A stretch of 63,547 nt of DNA, the filler included, from an uncultured Acidimicrobiia bacterium (lineage in GTDB: Bacteria > Actinomycetota > Acidimicrobiia > Spongiisociales > JAOTWH01), in NCBI GenBank assembly GCA_964347285.1. It is 3 parts of 3 records of this genome, joined end to end, with 100 filler letters (N's around TTAATTAATTAA, not from the genome) between each part and the next. Parts side by side here need not be neighbours in the genome. Positions count along the whole stretch, not along the records: positions 1 to 24,337 come from CAYFYE010000032.1; 2 more parts are not named here. One strand, 5' to 3'. Positions 1 to 11,551 of the stretch are shown in pieces (the first letter of the stretch is position 1; the number at the start of each line of letters is the position of its first letter). The position numbers and the translations under genes were made by a program. The notes below the pieces were generated by a model, which saw only the letters and a list, made by a program, of their open reading frames with translations, did not search any database and had not been told where the DNA came from.

Positions 1-852
1 TCCTTCAAGGACCGGGGCATGACCCTGGCGGTGTCCAAGGCCGTGCAATCCGGAGCGCGGGCGGTGGCGTGCGCCTCGACCGGTAATACGTCGGCCTCGG
101 CCGCCGCCTACGCCTCGCGCGCCGGGATCGAGTGCCTAGTGATCTTGCCCGCCGGCAAGGTGGCCCGTGGCAAGCTGGCTCAAGCCTTCATGCACGGCGC
201 CAGGGTGATTCCGGTCGACGGCAACTTCGACGACGCCCTCGGCCTGGTGATGGAGCTGACTTCGACCCAAGACGTCGCCCTGGTCAACTCGGTCAATCCG
301 TATCGCATCGAGGGTCAACAAACCGCAGCATGGGAGGTGCTCGAGGCGCTGGGCGATGCTCCCGCCGTTCATGCCCTTCCGGTCGGAAACGCCGGCAACA
401 TCACCGCCTACTGGAAAGGGTATCGGGCGGCCGGTCGCGCCCCTTCGATGTGGGGTTTCCAGGCCGCCGGAGCCGCTCCGATAGTTCACGGCGAGGTGGT
501 CGAGAACCCCGAGACTGTGGCGAGCGCCATCCGGATCGGCAACCCGGTGTCCTGGGACGGCGCAGTGGCCGCCCGGGACGAGTCGGGCGGGCTCATCGAG
601 GCGGTGACCGATGAGGAGATCCTGGAGGCCCAGCGCTATCTAGCAGCCACCGAAGGCATCTTCGCCGAGCCGGCGTGCGCCGCGCCGGTGGCCGGGATCC
701 GCAAGATGAGGGACGCTTTGCCCGATGGGCCGGTGGTGGTCACGCTGACCGGCCACGGCCTCAAGGATCCCGATATCGCCCTGACGGCGATACCCGAGAT
801 CGAAGCCATCCCGGCGACCATGGACGCTCTGCTGGAGCGGCTGAGCTGGTAG
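1..852 (+). CDS. thrC: Threonine synthase, 5'-truncated at window edge
   Basis: Frame is open from base 1: SFKDRG (PLP lysine), [29 protein letters not shown]. Confidence 0.95.
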   Translation, partial: SFKDRGMTLAVSKAVQSGARAVACASTGNTSASAAAYASRAGIECLVILPAGKVARGKLAQAFMHGARVIPVDGNFDDALGLVMELTSTQDVALVNSVNPYRIEGQQTAAWEVLEALGDAPAVHALPVGNAGNITAYWKGYRAAGRAPSMWGFQAAGAAPIVHGEVVENPETVASAIRIGNPVSWDGAVAARDESGGLIEAVTDEEILEAQRYLAATEGIFAEPACAAPVAGIRKMRDALPDGPVVVTLTGHGLKDPDIALTAIPEIEAIPATMDALLERLSW

Positions 853-1102
853 AGACCCGGCGCGGGACCTGCAGGGATCGGGCACGAGGACTGGGTGGAT
901 CCGGCATGGGAATACGTACAGAGGGCCCGGCGTTGGGCCGATAGAGAACAGAGCCAATGGAGTGGTTGGCTCCGGGGGAGCCCGTCCTCTACAATGCCGG
1001 GCGATCCCTCGTCTCACCGAAATCTCGGGCGAGGCGCGCGTGCGTCGCCACCAAGTCGGTTGGGGGCCAACGCTACATCCACGATCTGCCGGAGGGTGCC
1101 CA

Positions 1103-1771
1103 GTGAAGCTGTTTCTGGACACGGCCCACATCGAGCACATTCGCATAGCCGCCGATTGGGGCATCCTCGACGGAGTCACCACCAACCCGTCGTTGGCCGC
1201 CCGGGAGGGAATGGAGTTCCCCGATTTGGTGCGCACGATCACCGCCATCGTCTCCGGTCCGGTGTCGGCGGAAGTGGTCGCCGAGGAGCGCGAAGACATG
1301 GTGACTCAGGGCAAAGCCCTCGCCGAGCTCGCCGACAACGTCGTGGTCAAGGTGCCCATGACACCGGAAGGGGTCGCCGCCGGAGCCCAACTCGTCGACA
1401 TGGGAACCAAGATCAACGTCACCCTCGTGTTCTCGCCGGCCCAGGCGCTCCTGGCCGCCAACATCGGAGCCACGTTCACCTCACCGTTCTTGGGCAGGGT
1501 CGACGACATAGGCAACGCCGGCCTCGATTTGTTGGAGGAGATCGTGCACATATACGGCGTGCACGGCTACGAGACCGAGGTGTTGGCCGCCAGCCTCCGC
1601 CATCCGCAGCACGTCGTGGAGGCGGCCAAGATCGGCGCCGACGTGGCGACCATGCCGTACGAGGTCATGGAGAAGCTCTTTCACCATCCGCTCACCGACA
1701 TCGGCATTGAGCGCTTCACCGACGATTGGGAGGCCTACCAGAAGGCCCTCGCCGAAACTCGAAACGACTGA
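1103..1771 (+). CDS. fsa: Transaldolase / fructose-6-phosphate aldolase (short Fsa/Tal family)
   Basis: [41 protein letters not shown] at 1103 after GGAGGG. Confidence 0.93.
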   Translation: MKLFLDTAHIEHIRIAADWGILDGVTTNPSLAAREGMEFPDLVRTITAIVSGPVSAEVVAEEREDMVTQGKALAELADNVVVKVPMTPEGVAAGAQLVDMGTKINVTLVFSPAQALLAANIGATFTSPFLGRVDDIGNAGLDLLEEIVHIYGVHGYETEVLAASLRHPQHVVEAAKIGADVATMPYEVMEKLFHHPLTDIGIERFTDDWEAYQKALAETRND

Positions 1772-1803
1772 ACGATTCCCCGCCAAGAGCGGGAGAGGAG
1801 AAC

Positions 1804-3279
1804 ATGAGCAGATCCCAACTCCAGGAGTACAAGCTCGATCAGCTCCGATCGCTGGCTGCCCACCTCGGCGTGGACGGCCACCAGAAGCTTCAAAAGGCGA
1901 AGCTGATCGATGCCATCTTGGAGGCCGACGGGTTCGATCCTTCGACGCTGCCCGAGGGCGAGGCTCGGGAGCCCGCCGAGCCGATCGCGGTGGCAACCAT
2001 CGTCGAGAAAGAGAAAGCTCCCGGCCCTTCCGAAGACCAGGCTTCTTCGCCGGACAGCGAAGGACGGTCGAGGGAGGGCGAGGGGGGAAGGAGCCGCAAC
2101 CGGCGTCGCCGTCGCGGCGGTCAGGGCAGGCCGCCTGAAGGGGAAGTCGAGCTGGAGGACCGCGAAGGCATCCTCGACATCCTCCCCGAGGGCTACGGAT
2201 TCTTGAGGGTGACCGGATACCTACCCGGCGAGAAAGACGTCTACGTCGGTGCCAATCAGATCCGCAAGTTCGCCCTCCGCAAGGGGGACGTCGTGTCGGG
2301 TTCGATACGCGCCGCCCGGGCCCAGGAGAAGTTCCCTGCGCTGACCCGAATCAACACGGTCAACGGCATGGCCCCCGACGACGCCCGCAGGCGTCCCAAG
2401 TTCGCCGACCTGACTCCTTTGTTCCCGGACGAGCGGCTCCGCCTCGAGGTCGACGGCCATCCCGAAGGAATGCAGGCCCGCATCATGGACCTGATCTCAC
2501 CGATCGGAAAGGGCCAGCGCGGTCTCATCGTCAGCCCTCCCAAGGCCGGGAAGACGACCGTGCTCAAGGAGATCGCCAACTCGATAACGAACAACAACCC
2601 GGAGTGCTATCTGATGGTGGTGTTGGTGGATGAGCGCCCCGAAGAGGTCACCGATATGCAACGCTCGGTGAAGGGCGAGGTGATCTACTCCACGTTCGAC
2701 CGCCCCGCCGAAGAGCACACCCAGGTGTCCGAGCTGGCCATCGAAAGGGCCAAGCGACTGGTGGAAATGGGCACCGACGTCGTGATCCTGCTCGATTCGA
2801 TCACCCGATTGGCGCGGGCCCACAACCTGGCCACTCCGGCCAGCGGACGCATCCTCTCGGGCGGTGTGGACTCGACCGCTCTCTATCCGCCCAAGCGGTT
2901 CTTCGGGGCCGCCCGCAACATCGAGGAGGGCGGCAGCTTGACGATCATGGGCACGGCTCTGATCGAGACCGGCTCACGCATGGACGAGGTGATCTTCGAG
3001 GAGTTCAAAGGCACCGGGAACATGGAGTTGCGACTCGATCGCAAGCTCGCCGACAAGCGGGTATACCCGGCCATCGACATCGAGGGGTCGGGAACAAGGA
3101 AAGAGGAGCTGCTGTTCACCAGGGACGAGCTGCTCCAGGTGTGGAAGCTCCGACGGGTGCTGATGGCACTCGAACCGGCCGCGGCGCTGGAGCTTCTCAT
3201 CGACCGGCTCAAGAGCACCAAGTCCAACGCCGAGTTCTTGGCCGAGGTGGCCAAGAGCGGCAACGGCAACCGGAGCTGA
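1804..3279 (+). CDS. rho: Transcription termination factor Rho
   Basis: [58 protein letters not shown] after GAGGAG. Confidence 0.98.
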   Translation: MSRSQLQEYKLDQLRSLAAHLGVDGHQKLQKAKLIDAILEADGFDPSTLPEGEAREPAEPIAVATIVEKEKAPGPSEDQASSPDSEGRSREGEGGRSRNRRRRRGGQGRPPEGEVELEDREGILDILPEGYGFLRVTGYLPGEKDVYVGANQIRKFALRKGDVVSGSIRAARAQEKFPALTRINTVNGMAPDDARRRPKFADLTPLFPDERLRLEVDGHPEGMQARIMDLISPIGKGQRGLIVSPPKAGKTTVLKEIANSITNNNPECYLMVVLVDERPEEVTDMQRSVKGEVIYSTFDRPAEEHTQVSELAIERAKRLVEMGTDVVILLDSITRLARAHNLATPASGRILSGGVDSTALYPPKRFFGAARNIEEGGSLTIMGTALIETGSRMDEVIFEEFKGTGNMELRLDRKLADKRVYPAIDIEGSGTRKEELLFTRDELLQVWKLRRVLMALEPAAALELLIDRLKSTKSNAEFLAEVAKSGNGNRS

Positions 3280-3281
3280 GA

Positions 3282-3656
3282 GTGAAGACAGACATTCACC
3301 CCGAGTACTACGAGACCACCGTCGTCTGCTCGTGCGGAAACACGTTCACCACCCGCTCGACCGTAGAGAGCTTGCACGTCGAGCTCTGTAACGAGTGCCA
3401 TCCCTTCTTCACCGGCAAACAGAAGCTGGTGGACTCCGGTGGCAGGGTCGAGCGCTTTCAGAAGCGGTACGGAAAGACCATCTTCACCAGGGCCGACGAA
3501 GAGGAGATGCCATCGGAAGGGGCGCAAGGCGAGTCCACTCCGACTGCGGCCTCCACTGAAGAGGGCCCGGCCGACGACGCGCCGACCGCGGCCTCCACCG
3601 ACCAGGGCCCGGCCGACCAGCAGCCCGAGGAGGAGGCCGCCGAGGCAGAGGCCTAA
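3282..3656 (+). CDS. rpmE: 50S ribosomal protein L31 (Zn-ribbon form) with acidic C-terminal extension
   Basis: [37 protein letters not shown]; conserved rho-rpmE-prfA-prmC order. Confidence 0.95.
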   Translation: MKTDIHPEYYETTVVCSCGNTFTTRSTVESLHVELCNECHPFFTGKQKLVDSGGRVERFQKRYGKTIFTRADEEEMPSEGAQGESTPTAASTEEGPADDAPTAASTDQGPADQQPEEEAAEAEA

Positions 3657-4585
3657 TGAGCCGCCCGCCGGGTGCGACCGTGGGCGGACAAGCCGTGATC
3701 GAAGGCGTGATGATGCGCGCTCCGGACGGCTGGGCAGTGGCGGTGCGCCGTCCCGACGGCATCATCGAAGCGGTGGGCCACGATCTTCCGGGCCTGTATT
3801 CCACTTCGCGGCTCAGGAAGGTCCCCTTGGTGCGAGGGGTGCTGGTGCTGCTCGAGTCGCTGTCCCTGGGTTTTCGGGCTCTGATGTGGTCGGCTCAGAA
3901 GGCCGGCAATGAGGAAGAGGGCGAGATAAAGACAAGGCACCTGGCAGTTGCCATGGTGATCGGGCTGGCATTCTTCATCGCTCTCTTCGTGGTGGCCCCT
4001 TTGCTGGTGGCTCAGGCCTCTGAGCGGGTGTTGGGCGATTCCGCCGTCGTGTTCAATGTCGTGGACGGCGCGGTCCGAGTTGCGTTGTTCTTGGGTTACA
4101 TATGGGTCATCGGATTGTCCCCGGACATACGGCGCGTGTTCGAGTATCACGGCGCCGAGCACAAGACCATCCACGCCTACGAAGGGGGCGATGCGCTCAC
4201 TCTCGATGAGATTCAGAAGTACAGCCCGCGCCACCCCCGCTGCGGTACCAACTTTCTGCTGATAGTGGTGCTGATAGCGATCGTGGTGTTCACGATCATC
4301 GGGCGGCCCCGGCTCGAACTGCTGATTGCCAGCCGGATCCTGCTGATCCCGGTGATAGCCGGCATCTCCTACGAGCTGCTCAAGGCGGCCGCACAGTGGA
4401 AGTGGCTGGCGGCAGCTTCCAAGCCCGGTTTGTGGCTACAGGCGCTGACCACGAGGGAACCCGATGGAGACCAAGTCGAGGTGGCAGTTGCCAGCTTGTT
4501 GGCCTCGTTGCGGGACAATGATGTAGAGGCAGTCAAGCGTCGCGGGCCGGTGGTGCCCGGAGCGCTGGCCGCGGAGTATCACTGA
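3656..4585 (+). CDS. DUF1385-family membrane protein (putative metal-dependent enzyme)
   Basis: GGQAVIEGVMMR, VFEYHGAEHK, HPRCGTNF, LQALTTREP; usual position between rpmE and prfA/prmC. Confidence 0.88.
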   Translation: MSRPPGATVGGQAVIEGVMMRAPDGWAVAVRRPDGIIEAVGHDLPGLYSTSRLRKVPLVRGVLVLLESLSLGFRALMWSAQKAGNEEEGEIKTRHLAVAMVIGLAFFIALFVVAPLLVAQASERVLGDSAVVFNVVDGAVRVALFLGYIWVIGLSPDIRRVFEYHGAEHKTIHAYEGGDALTLDEIQKYSPRHPRCGTNFLLIVVLIAIVVFTIIGRPRLELLIASRILLIPVIAGISYELLKAAAQWKWLAAASKPGLWLQALTTREPDGDQVEVAVASLLASLRDNDVEAVKRRGPVVPGALAAEYH

Positions 4586-5670
4586 TGGACACCACGCTCG
4601 AAGGAAAGCTCGAAGAGATCGAGGAGGCCTACGCGGAAACGGTGAACCGGCTGGCCGACCCTGAGGTGCTGGCCGATCAGTCCCGCTATGCAGAAGTGGC
4701 CCGCCGCCACAGCGAGCTGCGTCCGGTGGTGGAGGCCTATCACGCCTATCGAGAAGCAGCGGCCGAGGGGGCGGAGGCCCGCCAGATGGCCAAGGTCGAA
4801 CAGGACCCCGAGATGCGAAAGTACCTGGAGAGCGTGGCTCAAGAGAAGGATGGCGAGCTGAAGGAGCTCGAGCTCCAGCTGCGCCGTTCGCTCGTCCCTC
4901 GGGACCCAAGGGACCACAAGAACGTGATCATGGAAGTGCGGGCCGCGGCCGGCGGTGAGGAGGCCGCACTCTGGGCCGCCGACCTCTACCGGATGTACCA
5001 GCGTTATGCCGAACGACAGGGATGGACGTTGGATTCGATCGCGACCTCCCTCGCCGAGGGGGGCGGGGTGAAGGAAGTGACGTTCGAGGTGAAGGGCAGG
5101 GGCGCCTATTCGCGCCTCAAGTACGAAGCGGGACCGCATCGGGTACAGCGGGTGCCCAGGACCGAGTCGGCGGGACGGATTCATACGTCGGTGGCCACCG
5201 TGGCCGTGCTTCCCGAGCCCGAGGAAGTAGAGGTCGCGCTCAACGAGAACGACGTCGAGGTCGACGTGTACCGCTCCAGCGGCCCGGGCGGCCAGTCCGT
5301 GAACACCACCGACTCGGCGGTGCGGCTCACCCACAAGCCGACCGGGCTGGTGGTCACGTGTCAGGACGAGAAGTCGCAGCTCCAGAACAAGGAGAAGGCG
5401 ATGCGGGTGCTGCGGGCACGGCTGTACCAGATGCAGCTCGAGGAGCAGCTCGGTGAAATCGCCGAGAGCCGTCGTGCCCAGGTGGGCTCAGGGGAGCGCG
5501 CCGAAAAGATCCGTACCTACAACTTCCGGGAGAACCGGGTCACCGATCATCGGGTCGGCCTCACCATCAAGCGCCTGCCCGACATCCTCGAGGGCGACCT
5601 CGACGAGTTCATCGAGGCGCTGATGGCGGATGAGGAAGGGCGCCGGCTGGCGGAGGGAGTGCCGGCGTGA
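4585..5670 (+). CDS. prfA: Peptide chain release factor 1
   Basis: GPGGQSVNTTDSAVR (GGQ motif), RVQRVPRTE (PxT of RF1), RTYNFRENRVTDHR. Confidence 0.97.
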   Translation: MDTTLEGKLEEIEEAYAETVNRLADPEVLADQSRYAEVARRHSELRPVVEAYHAYREAAAEGAEARQMAKVEQDPEMRKYLESVAQEKDGELKELELQLRRSLVPRDPRDHKNVIMEVRAAAGGEEAALWAADLYRMYQRYAERQGWTLDSIATSLAEGGGVKEVTFEVKGRGAYSRLKYEAGPHRVQRVPRTESAGRIHTSVATVAVLPEPEEVEVALNENDVEVDVYRSSGPGGQSVNTTDSAVRLTHKPTGLVVTCQDEKSQLQNKEKAMRVLRARLYQMQLEEQLGEIAESRRAQVGSGERAEKIRTYNFRENRVTDHRVGLTIKRLPDILEGDLDEFIEALMADEEGRRLAEGVPA

Positions 5671-5743
5671 GGTGTTCTGTGTGCTCGCCGTGCTGCCCTC
5701 CACCCCCTGGTGCGGCGACCCGACCGGCGGGCCGGCCCATCCG

Positions 5744-6583
5744 GTGAAGGCGACAACGACACCGGCGCAGCTGCTCGCTTCTGCCGGTGACCTTCCCCGT
5801 CACGAAGCGGAGCGGCTCCTCATTGCGGCGACCCGATCCAAGCGCGTCGAACTGATCGCCGCGCCGGAGATCGGCGCCGAGCAGGCCGATCGGTTCCATC
5901 GGCTGGTCGAGCGGCGTCGAGCAGGGGTCCCCCTCCAGTACCTCGAAGGGACCGTCCAATTCGGTCCTCTGGAGTTGGCCATCGACGAGAGAGCGCTCAT
6001 ACCACGGCCGGAAACGGAACGGCTGTGGGAGATGGCTGTGGAGGCGGTCGGTACTGCCGGGCCCGGAACGGTGATCGTCGATGTGGGCACCGGCAGCGGC
6101 AATCTGGCCCTGGCTCTCAAGCATGCCTTTCCGGCCGCACAGGTATATGCCACCGACGCCAGCGAGGTTGCCCTGGCACTGGCCAAGGAGAATGCGGCCC
6201 GGACCGGACTCGAGGTCACCTTCCTCCACGGTCATGGGTTCCAACCGCTCCCCACCCGCCTGCGGGATCGTATCGATCTGGTGGTGAGCAATCCGCCGTA
6301 TGTGGCCGAGGACGATTTCACCGCCCTCCCTGCCGAGGTGAGAGAGCATGAGCCCCGGGAGGCTCTCGTGGCCGGTCCGAGGGGCGACGAGGTGCTGGCT
6401 GCCCTCGCCGAAGAGGCCTATTGGTGGCTGGCCGTGGGCGGCTGGCTGCTGTGCGAGATTGCCGAAGGACAGGGCCCAACCGCCCTGGAGCTGTTCGCTG
6501 GGCTGGACCGCGAGGTGAGGCTGGATTGGGCCGGGCGAGAGCGCTTCCTGGTCGGCCGGAAGGGGGCACCCTGCTGTGTGTGA
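5744..6583 (+). CDS. prmC: Release factor glutamine N5-methyltransferase (start uncertain)
   Basis: LIPRPETE, DVGTGSG, SNPPY; follows prfA. Confidence 0.92.
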   Translation: MKATTTPAQLLASAGDLPRHEAERLLIAATRSKRVELIAAPEIGAEQADRFHRLVERRRAGVPLQYLEGTVQFGPLELAIDERALIPRPETERLWEMAVEAVGTAGPGTVIVDVGTGSGNLALALKHAFPAAQVYATDASEVALALAKENAARTGLEVTFLHGHGFQPLPTRLRDRIDLVVSNPPYVAEDDFTALPAEVREHEPREALVAGPRGDEVLAALAEEAYWWLAVGGWLLCEIAEGQGPTALELFAGLDREVRLDWAGRERFLVGRKGAPCCV

Positions 6584-6666
6584 GTGCCGGCTCCCCGGGT
6601 AGTCCTGGCTACGAGCTCTCCTGCTTCGACTTGAATGGGGACCAGAGCCGAGCAGCGGGGTGCGCC

Positions 6667-7254
6667 ATGACCGATGTGCCCAGGGGTGAGCTCCTCACCG
6701 CCGTCAACGCCATCCGGTCCGGGGAGATCGTCGGCATACCTACCGAGACCGTTTACGGTCTGGCCGCCGACCCCTATCAGCCGGATGCAGTTGCGGCCTT
6801 GTTCGACCTGAAGGGTCGGCCCCCCGACAAGCCGTTTGCAGTCCTGGTGGCCTCGCTCGAGGCTGCCGAAGCGGTGGCCGATTTGACTCCGCAAGCTAGG
6901 GCGCTGGGTGAGGAGCACTGGCCGGGACCACTGACGCTGGTGGTGCGCCGCAGCTTGGAGATGCCGGTCTGGCTCGGGGAGCCGGGTCGGGGAACGATCG
7001 GGGTCCGGGTACCCGACCACAAGGTGGCGCTGGCGTTGCTGGAGGCGGCCGGGCCGTTGGTGGTCACCAGCGCCAACTGGAGCGGTGATCCCCCCGTGCT
7101 GGACCACGCCTCAGCCGCCGCCATTTTTGGTGAGGCGGTGGCGATCTATCTCGAGGGGGAGAGCGGGGGCGGCCAGAGCTCGACGGTCATCGATGCCACG
7201 ACCGAACCGGCCCAACTGATTCGACCCGGGCCCGTCCCCTGGCCCGAAGGCTGA
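6667..7254 (+). CDS. tsaC: L-threonylcarbamoyladenylate synthase (TsaC/YrdC/Sua5)
   Basis: PTETVYGLAAD, LKGRP, WPGPLT, IGVRVP, TSAN, STVID. Confidence 0.92.
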   Translation: MTDVPRGELLTAVNAIRSGEIVGIPTETVYGLAADPYQPDAVAALFDLKGRPPDKPFAVLVASLEAAEAVADLTPQARALGEEHWPGPLTLVVRRSLEMPVWLGEPGRGTIGVRVPDHKVALALLEAAGPLVVTSANWSGDPPVLDHASAAAIFGEAVAIYLEGESGGGQSSTVIDATTEPAQLIRPGPVPWPEG

Positions 7255-7394
7255 CAGAGGTTTCGCACCCGCCACTGCTCCGGAACGGACGTCGAGGGAT
7301 CGTCGACCGGCCCCGCGGGCAGCCCGTCCCCGGCGCCGAATCTCATCCGGCAATCCGCCGGCGCCTCTTCATCGGCGGCTACCTTGGCCGCACG

Positions 7395-7946
7395 ATGGCG
7401 CCCTCTGCAGCATCTCCGCCGGCTTCTGTCAACGCCGGCGGCAGCAGGGTTTGGCCGGTCATCACGGCCGGAACCTCCGTAGCGGTGGTCGGCTTCTGGA
7501 CCATCCTGCTCGGACTCTTTCTGGGCACCGGGGACGAAGGCCGGCCGGCCACCGCCACTCTGGTCGCCGCCGGGCTGGCGGCTTTGGCGACATCGGTGGC
7601 CGTCGTCGCTCTCGGCTCGCGCCCCGTCTGGAGTTGGGCTGCCGCCGGTCGAGCGGTTGCCCTGGCCGGAGCCGCTTTCGTGGGGGGCGTTCTTCTCTTC
7701 GCCGAACCGGCACCGGTGACCGCTACTGAGATCGGACTGTCGGTGGGAGCGGTCAGCGGGCTGTACCGGAAACCGGGCCACCGAATCACCTCCCGAATCG
7801 TCATGGCCTCCGTCGCGGTCGTGTATGTCTGGGGGATCGTGAGGGTGGCGCCCTCCTTGGCGCTGCTCGTGGCTCCGGTGCTGCCGTTCCCATCGGTGGG
7901 CCTGGCCGACGTACTGTCGGAGCGGATGTTGGCTCGAGCGACATAG
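7395..7946 (+). CDS. Hypothetical integral membrane protein
   Basis: About 5-6 hydrophobic segments; fills the tsaC-glyA gap on the operon strand. Confidence 0.6.
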   Translation: MAPSAASPPASVNAGGSRVWPVITAGTSVAVVGFWTILLGLFLGTGDEGRPATATLVAAGLAALATSVAVVALGSRPVWSWAAAGRAVALAGAAFVGGVLLFAEPAPVTATEIGLSVGAVSGLYRKPGHRITSRIVMASVAVVYVWGIVRVAPSLALLVAPVLPFPSVGLADVLSERMLARAT

Positions 7947-7992
7947 GGGCCCGGGGGCGCGCTACGCTGGCCCGACCCGCCCAGGAGGTCCG

Positions 7993-9264
7993 ATGACCGA
8001 CCCCAGCGCGCTGGAGGAGGTCGATCCCCAGGTCGCCCGGCTGATTGCGACCGAGGTAGAACGCCAGGGGAGTCACATCCAGCTGATCGCATCGGAGAAC
8101 ATGACTTCGAGGGCAGTGATGCAGGCCAGCGGCTCCGTGCTCACCAACAAGTACGCAGAGGGATATCCGGGCCGCCGTTACTACGAGGGGTGCGAGATCG
8201 TCGATGAGGTCGAGGATCTCGCCCGGGATCGGGCCAGGGACTTGTTCGGGGCCGAGCATGTCAATGTTCAGACCCACAGCGGCGCCCAGGCCAACATGGC
8301 CGTCTACTTCGCCTTCCTCGAGCCGGGGGACACGGTGCTCGGCATGGCACTCGACCAGGGCGGGCACCTCACCCACGGCTCCCCGGTCAACTTCTCCGGG
8401 AAGCTCTTCAACTTCGTCTCGTACGGGCTCAATCCGGAGAGCGAGCTGGTCGAGATGGACGAGGTCCGCAAGGCCGCCTACGAGCATCGGCCCAAGATGA
8501 TCGTGGCCGGCTACTCGGCCTATTCCCGGCTCCTCGATTGGGCCGGGTTCCGCGCCATTGCCGACGAGGTGGGCGCCCTGCTGTTGGTCGACGCGGCCCA
8601 CATCATCGGCTTGATCGCGGGCAAGGCCCACCCCAATCCGACGCCCCACGCCCATGTCGTTACCGCCACGACTCACAAGGCGCTCCGGGGTCCGCGAGGT
8701 GGGCTCATCATGTGTGAAGAAGAGTTCGCTTCGCAGATCGACAAAGCGGTCTTCCCCAACGCCCAGGGCGGGGCGCTGTTCAATCAGATCGCCGCCAAGG
8801 CGGTGTGCTTTGCAGAGGCGGCCACTCCTGAGTTTGAGGCCTATTCCCGCCAGATCGTGGCCAATGCCCGGGCGCTGGCCAAGACCCTGGACGAGGGGGG
8901 CTTACGCATCGTCAGCGGGGGCACCGACAACCACCTGATGCTCGCCGATTTGCGCTCCCTCGACGAGGATCTCACCGGCAAGGAGGCGGCCACACTCCTC
9001 GATGGGGTGGGCATCACGCTCAACCGCAACTCGATCCCGTTCGATCCCCGGCCGCCCTACATCACTTCCGGGCTGCGCCTGGGCACCCCGGCGGCGACGA
9101 CGGCCGGCCTTGGCGAGACGGAAATGACCGAGGTGGGGGGTTGGATCCTGGAGGCCCTGCGGGACCGGCATTCCGAGCCAGTGCTCGCCGGCATAGCCGG
9201 CCGGGTAGCGGAGCTGGCGGCTCGGTTCCCACCCTATCCGCCCGGCTTTTCCGGCCATGTATGA
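7993..9264 (+). CDS. glyA: Serine hydroxymethyltransferase
   Basis: [44 protein letters not shown] ribosome-binding site. Confidence 0.97.
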   Translation: MTDPSALEEVDPQVARLIATEVERQGSHIQLIASENMTSRAVMQASGSVLTNKYAEGYPGRRYYEGCEIVDEVEDLARDRARDLFGAEHVNVQTHSGAQANMAVYFAFLEPGDTVLGMALDQGGHLTHGSPVNFSGKLFNFVSYGLNPESELVEMDEVRKAAYEHRPKMIVAGYSAYSRLLDWAGFRAIADEVGALLLVDAAHIIGLIAGKAHPNPTPHAHVVTATTHKALRGPRGGLIMCEEEFASQIDKAVFPNAQGGALFNQIAAKAVCFAEAATPEFEAYSRQIVANARALAKTLDEGGLRIVSGGTDNHLMLADLRSLDEDLTGKEAATLLDGVGITLNRNSIPFDPRPPYITSGLRLGTPAATTAGLGETEMTEVGGWILEALRDRHSEPVLAGIAGRVAELAARFPPYPPGFSGHV

Positions 9265-9299
9265 GGGTCGCTCTCCGGAGGGTAATTCCGGCCTGCCGG

Positions 9300-9305
9300 T
9301 AGCAT
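9300..9305 (+). promoter_or_regulatory. Possible -10 element (TAGCAT) of the atp operon
   Basis: TANNNT hexamer in an AT-richer patch about 25 nt upstream of the first atp ORF. Confidence 0.35.
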
Positions 9306-9329
9306 TGTGAAAGGATTCACAAGCGATCC

Positions 9330-9560
9330 ATGAACCCCAAGAACCCCCACCGCCAGGTCACAGACGCCATGGGAGAGGGATGGGTCGTCGGCGGCAGCTT
9401 CTTCGGGTCGATCATGGCCGGGTTCCTTCTCGGCTACCTGGCCGATCGGTGGCTGGGTACCGATCCCTGGCTGACCGTGATCGGCATCATCGCCGGATCG
9501 GTGTCGGGCTTCTACCGGATGATGGCTTGGGCCAAGGACCAGGAACGCCGTGGACGTTGA
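9330..9560 (+). CDS. atpZ: AtpZ/AtpI-family small membrane protein
   Basis: GFLLGYLADRWLGTDPW motif; first gene of the atp operon. Confidence 0.8.
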   Translation: MNPKNPHRQVTDAMGEGWVVGGSFFGSIMAGFLLGYLADRWLGTDPWLTVIGIIAGSVSGFYRMMAWAKDQERRGR

Positions 9561-9945
9561 GGCCATCTTGGCCCGGCACACGGTGCGGCGCGCCGTCTTC
9601 GTTGGTCCGCCGATCGTCGGGCTCTTCTGGTTGACCCGGGGTGCCGACGGGGCCTGGTCGGCGGCTATCGGGGTGTTGATCGTCGTCGCCAACTTCCTTT
9701 TGTCGGGTGCAGTGCTCTCGGCGGCGGCGCGCCGCTCTCTCCAGGCTTATCATGCCGCCGCCCTGTTCGGATTCTTCCTCCGACTGGGACTCATCACGGC
9801 AGCAATGCTGGCAGTGGCATGGGTGGTCGACGTCGACCGCCCGGCGATGGGGGTGGCGGCAGTGGTGAGCTACCTGGTGCTGCTCACGTTGGAGGCGGTG
9901 GCCGTGGCTCGGGGCGCTGAGAAGGAGTTGGAGTGGACCACCTGA
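9550..9945 (+). CDS. atpI: ATP synthase protein I-like membrane protein
   Basis: Four hydrophobic helices; directly upstream of atpB. Confidence 0.75.
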   Translation: MDVEAILARHTVRRAVFVGPPIVGLFWLTRGADGAWSAAIGVLIVVANFLLSGAVLSAAARRSLQAYHAAALFGFFLRLGLITAAMLAVAWVVDVDRPAMGVAAVVSYLVLLTLEAVAVARGAEKELEWTT

Positions 9946-10754
9946 TACTCGCTGCCGAGGCTTGCGACGTAGAAGGCGAGATCATCTGTGCCCCCGCCAA
10001 CGTCAACGAGCTCTTCGAGTTCAAGGACGCCCTCTTCTCGATCGGGGGGTTCGACTTCACCCGCACCGTCTTTCTGATCTTCCTGGCGGCCGCCATCGTC
10101 ATTGCCCTCATGTACTTCGGCTTGCGGGGAGGCAAGCTGGTGCCTTCCAAGTTCGGGACCGCCATTGAGAGCGTGGCCGGATTCATCCGCGATGACGTCG
10201 CCGTGGGCATCATCGGGCCTGAGGGGGCCCGGTACTTCCCCTACCTCCTGGCGCTGTTCATGTTCATACTCGTCGGCAACCTGTTCGAGGTGACCCCGTT
10301 CGTCAACTTCCCCGTCACGTCGCGTATGGCATTGCCCGCTTCGATGGCTCTCATGACGTGGTTCATCTTCGTGACCGTCGGCGTGGTGAAGAACGGCCCC
10401 GTCGGCTACTTCGGTGCCATCATGTGGCCCAAGTCGGTCCCCATCGGCTTCCGCTGGTTCGTCGGCATCATCGAGTTGGTGTCCACCCTCTTGCTGCGTC
10501 CGATCACCCTGGCGGTGCGACTCTTTGCCAACCTGGTGGCCGGTCACCTCATGCTGACGTTGTTGTTGGGGTCGGGGTGGATCTTCATCTCCAACATCGG
10601 CAACATCGGAGCCAAGGCGGCCACCGGAGTGGTTTGGTTCGCTATCGGCCTGGGGATCTTCCTCTTCGAGATCGTGGTGTCGGTCCTCCAGGCGTACATC
10701 TTCACACTGCTGTCTGCCGTCTACGTCCAGTCGTCTTTGCATCCCGAGCACTAA
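9933..10754 (+). CDS. atpB: ATP synthase Fo subunit a
   Basis: RPITLAVRLFANLVAGH, LQAYIFTLL. Confidence 0.96.
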   Translation: MDHLILAAEACDVEGEIICAPANVNELFEFKDALFSIGGFDFTRTVFLIFLAAAIVIALMYFGLRGGKLVPSKFGTAIESVAGFIRDDVAVGIIGPEGARYFPYLLALFMFILVGNLFEVTPFVNFPVTSRMALPASMALMTWFIFVTVGVVKNGPVGYFGAIMWPKSVPIGFRWFVGIIELVSTLLLRPITLAVRLFANLVAGHLMLTLLLGSGWIFISNIGNIGAKAATGVVWFAIGLGIFLFEIVVSVLQAYIFTLLSAVYVQSSLHPEH

Positions 10755-10979
<225 letters not shown>

Positions 10980-10991
10980 GGAGAGCGGCCA

Positions 10992-11549
10992 ATGGTGCAT
11001 TCACTACTCGCCGGCATGCTTCTCGCCCAAGAGGGGGAGGAGGAGTCCGAAGGCATCGACCTGCTGCTTCCTCCCTCCAGTGAGCTGATCGCCGGCATCA
11101 TCGCCTTCGCCATCGTCTTTTTCTTCATGTGGAAGTGGGCGGCGCCGGCCATCAATCGAGCCCTGGAGAACCGGCGCCAGGCCATTGCCGGCCAGCTGAA
11201 GGAGGCGGAGAAGGCCAAGCAGGAAGCGGAGAGCCTGCTGCGGGACTACCAGGAGCAGCTCGCCGGAGCCCGCAGCGAGGCCGACCGGATCATCGACGAG
11301 GCCCGCCAGACGGCCGAAGCCCTGCGGGCCGACGTTGTCGGCAAGGCCGAACGCGAGGCCGAGGAGATCCGGCGCAAGACCCAGGAAGAACTAGCCGCCG
11401 AGCGGGCCCGGGCCGGGAGCGAGCTCCGCCGCGAGGTGGCCGGGCTCTCGCTCGACGTCGCCGAGCGGGTGATCGGCGGGGCGCTCGATCGAGACGCCCA
11501 AAGGGCCCTGGTGGATCGCTACATCGAAGAACTGGAGGGAACGTCGTAG
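10992..11549 (+). CDS. atpF: ATP synthase Fo subunit b
   Basis: N-terminal transmembrane helix followed by a long coiled coil; operon position. Confidence 0.93.
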   Translation: MVHSLLAGMLLAQEGEEESEGIDLLLPPSSELIAGIIAFAIVFFFMWKWAAPAINRALENRRQAIAGQLKEAEKAKQEAESLLRDYQEQLAGARSEADRIIDEARQTAEALRADVVGKAEREAEEIRRKTQEELAAERARAGSELRREVAGLSLDVAERVIGGALDRDAQRALVDRYIEELEGTS

Positions 11550-11551
11550 CC

